From the NCBI GenBank assembly GCA_051715345.1, contig JBPXJQ010000053.1, positions 102,478-166,477 of the forward strand: a stretch of 64,000 nt of DNA, read 5' to 3'. This stretch comes from Candidatus Blackallbacteria bacterium (GTDB taxonomy: Bacteria; Cyanobacteriota; Sericytochromatia; UBA7694). The position numbers and the translations under genes were made by a program. Positions 9,795 through 18,065 of the stretch are shown in pieces. The notes under the pieces were generated by a model. The model saw only the letters and a list, made by a program, of their open reading frames with translations. It searched no databases and was not told the origin of the DNA. The first letter of the stretch is position 1. Every line of letters starts with the position of its first letter.

Positions 9795-10646
9795 ATGAGC
9801 CATCCGCTTTCTTTTACACTTTTACCACCCTCGGCACTCAAACCTGTGGTTCAGACCGGTTTGCCTGTTTTGCCAACTTTACCCACACAGCCAGTTGTGG
9901 GTGATTATAGTCGTGTCTCTTCGCTCTTGGGCAAACAGGATCAGGCTCAGATTCAGCCCCAGATTCAACCGCCTGGCCAAACGACTCTGCTCAACCCACT
10001 CAGTCTTTTTTCCGCCAAAACACCGGCCGTGCCACTTGCGCCCGCTTTGCCCGCAAGAGGAACCAACGCTCCCAGTGTTTCTCCTGCGCAGCCTTCTGTG
10101 GGGCTGGCTGAATTGCGTCACAAAAGTTCGGTAGCACGCCTCCAAAGCATGTCACCCCAAGAGCTCAAGGCCCTGGGCGAAAAAGACAAAAAGGCCTTTT
10201 TTGAAGCCCTTTTGCCGGGGGCGATTGAAAGTGAAAAAAAATATGGCGTGCCTGCTGAAGTCACCCTGGCGCAAGCTGCATTGGAGTCGGCCTGGGCCCG
10301 ATCACCGATAGGGGGCTACAATATCTTTGGGATCAAGGGTTCTGGTAGCCAGGGATCGGTCAATGTTCAGACCAAAGAGTTTTACAAAGGCCGGTATGTC
10401 ACGATTCGCGATAATTTTGCCAAGTACGGCAATTTTACCGAAGCGGTGAGCAAACACGGGGCGCTCTTTCACAATGGCTATTACGACAAGGCGGTCAATC
10501 AATACGCCCGCGACAAAAATCCCCGTGCTTTTGTAGACAATATTCACGGCATTTATGCCACAGATCCCAAATATTCTCAAAAAATCAAGGGCATTATCGA
10601 TGATTATGGCCTGACAGAAATGGTCAACCGCACCGGTATGGTATAA
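9795..10646 (+). CDS. Peptidoglycan hydrolase with FlgJ-type glucosaminidase domain (mannosyl-glycoprotein endo-beta-N-acetylglucosaminidase family) preceded by Pro/Gln-rich linker
   Basis: C-terminal domain TLAQAALESAWARSPIGGYNIFGIKG matches the conserved AQAALESGWG...NLFGIK core of the glucosaminidase domain. N-terminal 120 aa is low-complexity P/Q/A-rich. Confidence 0.7.
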   Translation: MSHPLSFTLLPPSALKPVVQTGLPVLPTLPTQPVVGDYSRVSSLLGKQDQAQIQPQIQPPGQTTLLNPLSLFSAKTPAVPLAPALPARGTNAPSVSPAQPSVGLAELRHKSSVARLQSMSPQELKALGEKDKKAFFEALLPGAIESEKKYGVPAEVTLAQAALESAWARSPIGGYNIFGIKGSGSQGSVNVQTKEFYKGRYVTIRDNFAKYGNFTEAVSKHGALFHNGYYDKAVNQYARDKNPRAFVDNIHGIYATDPKYSQKIKGIIDDYGLTEMVNRTGMV

Positions 10647-11888
10647 TTGGCCCTCATGAGCCTTAAGTATCTTCACCCCCAACAGGGCCTGCCCGTCAGT
10701 GCAGACAATCTGAGCGAATTGACCGAACAATTGGCCCGGCTTGCCGTCAATCAGCATGTGCATTTTCTCACTCAGCCCTTTCCCTTGGATACCGAGTTTT
10801 TGCAGCAGATGCGCACGAGCTTTGGCTATGAAAAGCTCCAGGAAAAACTGACTTTTTCTGCACAGGTCCCCCTCAATACCCTGACACTTGAGAGTCTTGA
10901 TCAACTCAATCGCCTGCATTTTACAGAATTGCAGTTGCCTCTTCTCATTGAGTCCTGTGATTTGGTTCATCTCGAAGCCATTCTGACCCAGGCCCGGGCC
11001 ACCAAGCTCAAAATTCAATTGCTCTTAAAAACAGAAGTGGCAACGCCACCTCTTTCTGCTTTGGTCAAACTCTATTTTTTCTTGCAGAACCACATGGGCT
11101 GGTATGGACTGGAATATGCCCCTGCCCTTTTTTCAGATCCCACGATTGCCCGACGTTTTGATCGCTTGGCCCGCATCAGCCAGGATACCCGCAGTTTTAT
11201 GTCCTTTCAGCAGCTCTTTAATGAGCGGATTTATACGCTCTTTTATGAGTTCTTGCGTACGCGTCTCTCGCACCATGTCAAAACGATTTTGGAGATCAAC
11301 CCCTTTGCGGATGAGCCCTATTTCAGGGATCTGCCTCGCCAGCCCTACCCTTGGAAAGTGACGCTGCTTTCGCTACCGCAGCACATGATCAATCAGCAGA
11401 CCCTCAAAGAATGGGGCAAAACCTTTGATGCAATTGTCTTTTATCAGGGCTTAGAAACCCTGCGCGACCCCAAAAAAGAGCTGCTGTTATTGCAAAAATA
11501 TGCCCGTCCCACCACAGAATGGGTCTTTCTTAGTTATAATATGGCCTCTACACCCACCTTGTTGCGGCTTTTGGCCAACCATTTTGACAATATTTCCAGT
11601 TCCAGCACAGATTTTCGGCTGCTCAAATTGTTCAGTCAGTCCAGTTTGGAAAAGCTGTTTGAGTTTTTGGGCATTCGCTTTCAATTTATGCCCACCCGCT
11701 TGCCTTTGGGCGAGGTTCAACAGCAGTTTGAGCAGATTCGCCCGCTCTTTGACAATCACCTGCCCGAGAGTTGGAAAGCCGTTGCTGAGAATTTTGATGT
11801 CATGGCCTTTACGGCGATTGGCACGCTTGAAATTGAAGAAGCAGCAGACGCTTCAGATGGTTTTATCTCCAGCGGCTTTCTCTCCTGA
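10647..11888 (+). CDS. Hypothetical protein (413 aa), first gene of a two-gene operon
   Basis: ORF begins with TTG at 10647 immediately after the upstream stop. Alternative ATG at 10656. No recognisable motif. Confidence 0.45.
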   Translation: MALMSLKYLHPQQGLPVSADNLSELTEQLARLAVNQHVHFLTQPFPLDTEFLQQMRTSFGYEKLQEKLTFSAQVPLNTLTLESLDQLNRLHFTELQLPLLIESCDLVHLEAILTQARATKLKIQLLLKTEVATPPLSALVKLYFFLQNHMGWYGLEYAPALFSDPTIARRFDRLARISQDTRSFMSFQQLFNERIYTLFYEFLRTRLSHHVKTILEINPFADEPYFRDLPRQPYPWKVTLLSLPQHMINQQTLKEWGKTFDAIVFYQGLETLRDPKKELLLLQKYARPTTEWVFLSYNMASTPTLLRLLANHFDNISSSSTDFRLLKLFSQSSLEKLFEFLGIRFQFMPTRLPLGEVQQQFEQIRPLFDNHLPESWKAVAENFDVMAFTAIGTLEIEEAADASDGFISSGFLS

Positions 11889-11890
11889 AG

Positions 11891-13186
11891 ATGGGTTTTG
11901 ATTTTTGGGGCTTTTTTGAAGCAGCCAATGCCCATTTACAAACCCAGCCAGGTCATGTTTTGGCCCTGCACTTTCGCGAAGTCGATAGTTTTAGTTGTTC
12001 CCGATGTGCGCAATGCTGTACTTTGCCCTGGTCGATTGGGGTCACCGAGTCGTATGTTCAGCGTTGGAATACGGCTTTTACCCAGCACAGCGATCCCCGT
12101 TTTCACGCTGTCTTTGAACCGATGCAGTTGGGCTTTCCTTCGGGGCATTTCGCCTTTCTAAAAAAACAACCCGACTCGTATCGCTGTGTTCTATTGGATG
12201 AAGATAATCTCTGTTTGGCTCAGAAACATTTTGGGGTTGAGGCCAAGCCCGAAGGCTGTCAGTATTATCCGCATATTTGGCAAAAAGTCTCAGGGGGCTT
12301 AAAAGTCTCTCATTTGATGCAGAGCTGCCGTTCTGCACCCAGTTATTTACTCGCCGAGCCCGAGTTGGTGTATCGGGTGATTCCTGAGCAAGAGGCTGAA
12401 AGTGTGCATGGCGGTGTTTTTCCGATCACAGCCCTGCCGGGGCTGCGGTTTTCCAGAGAAGTGCTCTATCTCTGGTTGGGTTTGAGTCTGAATACCCTTT
12501 TCTTTGAAGCTGAACTGCGTTCGCCAATTCAAAATCTCAGGGCTTTGAATTATGCTTTGGGACAACTGCTTGAACTCACTTCTCGCCGGACTGAAACCCT
12601 GAATTTGAGGCCCATAGACTTGGAAGAGATCTACCAGCGTCACAGCCATCAGCACGCCCGTCAACCCCATCAGATTCCTTTGCGCACCCCGTTTGCACTG
12701 GAGTGGTTCTTAAGAAATCTGCCACCGAGTACGGTGGACCAACAGATTACCGACTTTTTTGATTCAATCCTCAAGGGGGAACGTCTCTGGCCGAACTTAA
12801 CGGCGGCTGAACACACCTTGTTGAATACGTTTTTGCGCAATTATCTGGCCCGCAAATTGCTTTCGATGCATCAGTGGTTTTCACAAAGGGTCAATCTTTT
12901 CCAGCAAATTTTGCTTTTGGCTGCTTTTACCACCTTGATTCAGGCCCGTGTTCTGGCCTGCCGTGAGCTATCGGGCTCAGAGATCAGCCTTGAATTACTC
13001 ACCACCTCTGTGAATTTAATTGAAGGGCGTATGATTCAGAGCTATAGCTGGATTGAAAGCCTGGAGTACCATCAATTGGGACCTTTGGCGTGTTTGCAGG
13101 AGAGTGAGCGGCTCTTGGATTTGGATCTGACCTTGCCACCAGGAGAACGCCGCTTGGCTTCACAGCCTTTTATGCGTCGTTTTTAA
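11891..13186 (+). CDS. CxxCxxCC-motif protein (YkgJ/UPF0153 / flagellin-N-methylase-like putative Zn/Fe-chelating domain) with long uncharacterised C-terminal extension
   Basis: CSRCAQCC near the N-terminus plus downstream Cys pair (CVLLDEDNLC...C) fits PF03692-type domain. Starts 3 nt after upstream stop. 3' end overlaps the convergent 1158-aa gene by 17 nt. Confidence 0.5.
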   Translation: MGFDFWGFFEAANAHLQTQPGHVLALHFREVDSFSCSRCAQCCTLPWSIGVTESYVQRWNTAFTQHSDPRFHAVFEPMQLGFPSGHFAFLKKQPDSYRCVLLDEDNLCLAQKHFGVEAKPEGCQYYPHIWQKVSGGLKVSHLMQSCRSAPSYLLAEPELVYRVIPEQEAESVHGGVFPITALPGLRFSREVLYLWLGLSLNTLFFEAELRSPIQNLRALNYALGQLLELTSRRTETLNLRPIDLEEIYQRHSHQHARQPHQIPLRTPFALEWFLRNLPPSTVDQQITDFFDSILKGERLWPNLTAAEHTLLNTFLRNYLARKLLSMHQWFSQRVNLFQQILLLAAFTTLIQARVLACRELSGSEISLELLTTSVNLIEGRMIQSYSWIESLEYHQLGPLACLQESERLLDLDLTLPPGERRLASQPFMRRF

Positions 13187-16100
13187 AAAAGGCCAAGAGC
13201 GCGCGGGCTTTTTCCCGCCCTGCCGTTTTTTTGGGGTGATCTGCCCATTTCTGTAATCCGTTCAGGGCTGAGGCACTCAGTTGATAAGGCCCCCCATACT
13301 GCCAGAGCTGATAGGACCATTCAAGCAACATTGATACGTTTTTGGGGGGGACAGGTGGGCTGGCTGTGGGCGAGGCTGTGCTCCAGAAATGATCCAAAAT
13401 GGTCAGAATGAGGTTGTGCCCAGCCTCTCCCCGCAGTTCCCAGTTTTGCAGACTCTCGCGTAAATAGAGCAGGCCTTTGCTCTGGGTGGCTAATTGGTGG
13501 CTCAGCTCTTCAACCACTGTTGAGGCTTGAATCCGTCCGTCTTCAAGGCCTTGCCAGATCAGATCCAAAACGACTTGCCGCTGTTCTGGGTGTTTTGCGC
13601 TTAAGACCCGCAGCATCGGGCTGATTCCTGCTTGTAACACGATCCTGGGCAAATGCCCCAAATGCAGCAGAAGCAGGAGATGGTCGTATTTTTCCAATTC
13701 GGGAATTTGCTCAGACCATGGGGGAGCCGTTGCCTCTGAATGGCCATTTTGTATTTCTCGCCAATACGTTTTTTGTAATTCCTGAAAGTCTGCGCGGCTC
13801 ATCCCCCCGAACGCTCCCTGTTTCCAACGCAATTTGAGCAAGGCGATATCAAAGAGCGTTTGGGCCATCACAGGATACTCAGCCAGTTTGGGGTAGAGCT
13901 GGCTTGTGGGATTAAAAGGCAGCCCCCAATATGGCTGATAGCGAGGATTTAAAGCAATAGCCAGTGGCCATAATTGAGGCCAAAAGGGGGCTTGCTCAAA
14001 TTGGCGGGTCTCTCCCAGGGCAAATGTGGGGAGATTTTGACAGTGCGTGTCTCCGAGCAAAAGCCCTTGAATCTGTTTTTGCAGAGCCGGTTCTAGTTGT
14101 TTAAACGTTTTGGTTTTCCGAGAGTGCCCTCTCTGGGCCAAGTGGAGATCATTCAACCAATTGTCCAAAGCCTCAGGCTTTTCATTGGTGGCAGAGCCAG
14201 AAAAGAGTTGGCTGACCCCATCGCTTAATTTTTCCCAGAAAGTCTGGGTTTTCTCCTCTGAGTCTGGCTGGGGGGACAGCCAAATCCCCAGATCCATCCC
14301 CAGATTGAGGCGCAAGTTATCCCAGGGCAAGTTGATCAGGGCATGAAATAGGGATGGGCTGAGACCTTCTCTTCGTTGGCGAGCCCCTGCAGCGCTTAAT
14401 ATGCCTCTAAAGAGGGGGTTTGTCGGGGATGGGGCATTTTCAGATGGGCTGTAGTAAAGTTGCTCCAACAGAAAATCGTCGGGAGGTGCTTTTTTAAAGG
14501 CTTTGCTTAGGTGTTTTAGGGCCAGCAGGGCCGCGTCATCGGGGCCCAAGGCCAGGGTGAGTAAATCTGCTGTTGTGTCTGGAAAGCGTGCTTTCAGAAC
14601 CTGAATTTCTGACCAGAGATGTTTAGCCGGTTCAGGGCTCAGTCTGCGCAAGGCCAAAGAGAGTGACAGGGTATCCAAACTCTTTACAGGTAGGTCTTTG
14701 AGTCGTTTGATAAAGACCTGCAATGAAATCCAACCCGTTAAAAATTCTGGGGCTTCGATCCGGCTGTTTGCCCCTGCAACAAGGGCATTTAAACTGCTCT
14801 GCACTCCTGCACAGAGGTCGGGACTGGCCAATGCCAAGAGTTCCCATACTTTGGGCGCGATTTCAGGGGGTTTTTGTTCAATCCAGGCTTGGGCCAAAAT
14901 GGCCAAAAGCAAGTGGGCTGAATCCATGAGCGGTGATTGGGAGAGATTTTTCAAGCGCTGCAGTTTTTGCAAAAGTGGATCCAAGTGACGTCGCTGGTAA
15001 ACGGGATCTTGGGGCGGGCCTAAGCGCAAAAGGGCTTGGCCGACAGCCTCATGAATTGAGTCGGGCGGGATTTGATGGCTATAATTCAACAAAAGCGCAC
15101 TTAAAGAGGCCTCATCTGAAGGTATTTCCAGGCGAGGATCGCTGTCCCAATGGCGTTGGTTCAAAGGTCTTATCGGAAAATAGGTTTGCAGAGATTTTAT
15201 TGGCTGGGTCGTCTCTGGTTTGCTCTCTGCTTTGGCGGTGGGTTCGCTGTTTTCTGGTAGCAAAGCCCTTAGCTGTTCTTGTTCTAAGGGGCTCAGCAAT
15301 CCGGATTCTTTGAGGACTTGCAATTCTCTTTGGGCTGAGGCGGGCAAACTCTGGCCCTTGAACCATTTCAGCAGATCTTGGCGAATGGCGCCATGGGGAG
15401 AGGCCAATTGAGGCAATAAAGAAACCAGCAGTTCAGGTTTTTTTTCTGGCCAAGTTTTGGCGTATTGTTTAAGTAGCGCCAGACTTTCTTTGGCTACTTT
15501 TTGTACTGGATGGCTGAGATGAGGAATGATTGCATTGGGGATTTGGCTGTGTTCGCTCTCAAAGCCGCTGAAATATTTTTTGACTGTTTCCAGTGCCAGA
15601 GAAATCCCGTTGGGGGTGCTGGCTTGTAATAACTGAAAAAACAGGTTTTTTAAGCTGATGATTTCTTGTTCGCTGGGCTTCAATGCTGTGTAGAGGGCCA
15701 GCCAGTCGCGATTGTCTTCTTTGCGGGTATTTTCGAGCAAACGGGTGAGGGCCAAGCTCAAAAAAGCCAAACGCTCTGAACACTGGTTGGGGACGTCTGG
15801 TGGGAGTGTTTGGCACAGCCACAAACCCAGAGGTTCTGCATTCAGATTCAGAGGGAAATGTCTCCCGCGTAAAGGTCCCTGATTGAGCTGATTTCGCCAA
15901 GACAGACCCGCTAAAATATGTTCCAGTGGCAATTCCTGTAATTTATCTCGCCAGAGATAGAGTTCCATAAACAGAGATTTTTCCAGAGCCGGTTGAAACA
16001 AGGCTTCTTTCTCTGGCCAGGTCTTTAAAACCGAACAAATACTTGGGTAATATCCCTGACCGAGATATTGCTCTTGGTAGTCTTCAAAGAGTTTGAGTAA

Positions 16101-16646
16101 ACCGGACTCGGCCCAGTCAACGGGACGATTGAGCAATATTTGCGTCACTGAAAAGAGGTATGTTTCTGGTGGATCGAGGCTTGGGGAGCCATTTTCATTT
16201 TCCAAGAGAAAATAGGGCAGGGTGGGAGCCTTGCGCAGGGATTTGGCCAAAGCCAGTGCTGAGCGTTTATCACAGAGGCCTGCCCAGGCCGTTTCCAGGT
16301 TCAGGGCCAGAAAATACATATCTGGTGCGGCATAGACGCTGACTTTTTCTCTTTCGAGATAATCACTTAACTTTTCAAGTTCTTGTTGCAAAACAGGCCA
16401 GAGCTGTTGAACAGATCCAAAACGTGGCTCGGCTTGACTGTTCCAACCAAAAGGGGAGTGGCCTGCGTGGAGAATATAGGTATGCTCCGAATAATGACAG
16501 CTTTTACGCAGCTGATTTAAATCATTTTTATGTGCCTGAAAACAGCTCTTCCGTTCGCTTTCTGACCAGTTGTATAGGTATTCTCTCAGCATAGCTGCGC
16601 TGCTGGTAAATATATGCTGGCACAATTCAGGCCAATTCTGGTGCAT
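13170..16646 (-). CDS. Very large (1158 aa) Leu-rich alpha-helical repeat protein, possibly DUF4132/YehI-MolR-like
   Basis: Uninterrupted ORF. Highly helical, Leu/Gln/Pro-rich composition with no enzymatic motif seen. 20-nt overlap with upstream SWIM gene implies translational coupling. DUF4132 assignment is an inference from gene neighbourhood. Confidence 0.5.
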   Translation of the reverse strand: MHQNWPELCQHIFTSSAAMLREYLYNWSESERKSCFQAHKNDLNQLRKSCHYSEHTYILHAGHSPFGWNSQAEPRFGSVQQLWPVLQQELEKLSDYLEREKVSVYAAPDMYFLALNLETAWAGLCDKRSALALAKSLRKAPTLPYFLLENENGSPSLDPPETYLFSVTQILLNRPVDWAESGLLKLFEDYQEQYLGQGYYPSICSVLKTWPEKEALFQPALEKSLFMELYLWRDKLQELPLEHILAGLSWRNQLNQGPLRGRHFPLNLNAEPLGLWLCQTLPPDVPNQCSERLAFLSLALTRLLENTRKEDNRDWLALYTALKPSEQEIISLKNLFFQLLQASTPNGISLALETVKKYFSGFESEHSQIPNAIIPHLSHPVQKVAKESLALLKQYAKTWPEKKPELLVSLLPQLASPHGAIRQDLLKWFKGQSLPASAQRELQVLKESGLLSPLEQEQLRALLPENSEPTAKAESKPETTQPIKSLQTYFPIRPLNQRHWDSDPRLEIPSDEASLSALLLNYSHQIPPDSIHEAVGQALLRLGPPQDPVYQRRHLDPLLQKLQRLKNLSQSPLMDSAHLLLAILAQAWIEQKPPEIAPKVWELLALASPDLCAGVQSSLNALVAGANSRIEAPEFLTGWISLQVFIKRLKDLPVKSLDTLSLSLALRRLSPEPAKHLWSEIQVLKARFPDTTADLLTLALGPDDAALLALKHLSKAFKKAPPDDFLLEQLYYSPSENAPSPTNPLFRGILSAAGARQRREGLSPSLFHALINLPWDNLRLNLGMDLGIWLSPQPDSEEKTQTFWEKLSDGVSQLFSGSATNEKPEALDNWLNDLHLAQRGHSRKTKTFKQLEPALQKQIQGLLLGDTHCQNLPTFALGETRQFEQAPFWPQLWPLAIALNPRYQPYWGLPFNPTSQLYPKLAEYPVMAQTLFDIALLKLRWKQGAFGGMSRADFQELQKTYWREIQNGHSEATAPPWSEQIPELEKYDHLLLLLHLGHLPRIVLQAGISPMLRVLSAKHPEQRQVVLDLIWQGLEDGRIQASTVVEELSHQLATQSKGLLYLRESLQNWELRGEAGHNLILTILDHFWSTASPTASPPVPPKNVSMLLEWSYQLWQYGGPYQLSASALNGLQKWADHPKKTAGREKARALLAFFKNDA

Positions 16647-18018
16647 GGGCTTCTCCTGTCTCTAGCTGTTTTTCAGCGGCAAAACGCAGTGCCAAGAGAT
16701 GTTTACAGGGGCCGCGCTGAAGTTGGTGGCTTTGAATCCAGGCGCAATTACATTGTCCGGTCTTGAGATACTGTCTTTCAATTGAGAGTTCAACCCGGTA
16801 TTCTGCTTGGCTTCCACGCACCCAACCCTTGGCGCTAAATCCCGCCGGAAAGGGGTTCACCGCCTCTATACTCACCAGATTGGCCTGCAATAAGTTGTGG
16901 GCATTGTCGCCGCGTTTTTGTCGGGCTTGAATAAAGGGCAGAGGACGGTAAAAATAACGGGACTGGTGATTGTCATAGCCCAAGAGCCCTTCTCCTGCCA
17001 ATATATCGGCCAATTGCTGTGCAGTTTCTGTTGAGATTTCAGCGCAGAGTGCCAGTTCTTCGAGAGTGAAGCTCTCTAGTCCTGCCAGGAGCTGGCGCAA
17101 AAAATCCAATTCGGCAATAGGCAGAGAAGATGACAGACTGCGCAGGGCTTCTCCCTCGCCTGAAAAACCGTGTTTGACTGAAGAGGAGAGTGCCAGGGTT
17201 GCACGGGCCTGGGGTAATTGGGCAACCCAAAGGCTGGGGCCATTTTCGGCTACACTGTAAATTTCCAAGCCCTGAAGATGGGGAATGAGTGGGCGCAGCA
17301 AACTCAATCGCTGCAGGCCTGCTACGGGCAATGCCTCTTGGCCGCTGGGTCTGGTTGGCAAGGCCTGGAGTTGTTTTCCCCGCAGGGAAAGCCAAAGAGG
17401 ACGCTCATCACTGGCTTTGATTTGATGTAAAAACTGCCTTGCGGCCAAAGCCGGCAAAGTCTGCCAGTGCGTTGCCCGCCGAAACAGGGCTTGCGACTGT
17501 AAAAAACCACGCAGCCAGCGTTCGGGCAAATTGACTTTTTCTTCCCTGGCTTTGTCGCTGGCACTTTCTAGGCTGAGAAAATCTGCTCCCACTTCGAGCA
17601 CTGCCCGGGCATCTGCGCGCAAGCGGCTCAGGCTTTGAATAAAGGCCGGATTAAAATTGACATTGGTGCTGCCCCGGCTCTGTAAGGCAAAACCATAAAA
17701 AAAATCCGCCTCCAAATCGATTCGGCCATAGACGCTGGCACAACTTGAAAAACACTCAAGCCGAATTTTGCTGGGTTCACAACTGACCACGGGATCGAGA
17801 TAGCGCCAAAGGTCTGGCCTGTAAAAACGGGCATTGACAAGCTCCGATAGCCAGAGCAGAGCATCGCGAAAGAGCAGGGGTTGGCGGGCCTGCCCCCGAA
17901 AAAATTGCTGGGACTGTGTATTTGTGCGAAGTGGAGTGGCCAGGAAAACCCCGCTTTCTGCGGGACTTTCCTGAATCTGACTGAGGACTTGATACTGCTG
18001 AACAAAGCTTTGGGCCAT
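16627..18018 (-). CDS. SWIM zinc-finger domain protein
   Basis: C-terminal CNCAWIQSHQLQRGPCKHLLAL fits the SWIM CxCxnCxH signature. 463 aa. Confidence 0.65.
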   Translation of the reverse strand: MAQSFVQQYQVLSQIQESPAESGVFLATPLRTNTQSQQFFRGQARQPLLFRDALLWLSELVNARFYRPDLWRYLDPVVSCEPSKIRLECFSSCASVYGRIDLEADFFYGFALQSRGSTNVNFNPAFIQSLSRLRADARAVLEVGADFLSLESASDKAREEKVNLPERWLRGFLQSQALFRRATHWQTLPALAARQFLHQIKASDERPLWLSLRGKQLQALPTRPSGQEALPVAGLQRLSLLRPLIPHLQGLEIYSVAENGPSLWVAQLPQARATLALSSSVKHGFSGEGEALRSLSSSLPIAELDFLRQLLAGLESFTLEELALCAEISTETAQQLADILAGEGLLGYDNHQSRYFYRPLPFIQARQKRGDNAHNLLQANLVSIEAVNPFPAGFSAKGWVRGSQAEYRVELSIERQYLKTGQCNCAWIQSHQLQRGPCKHLLALRFAAEKQLETGEAHAPELA

Positions 18019-18065
18019 TTTGAGAGACCTACTCGGGCTGGATTATATACACAAGTATACAATCC

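Noticed and set aside
10302-11018. 238-aa minus-strand ORF
   Set aside because: Spans the junction of two well-supported plus-strand genes, so it is an antisense artefact.
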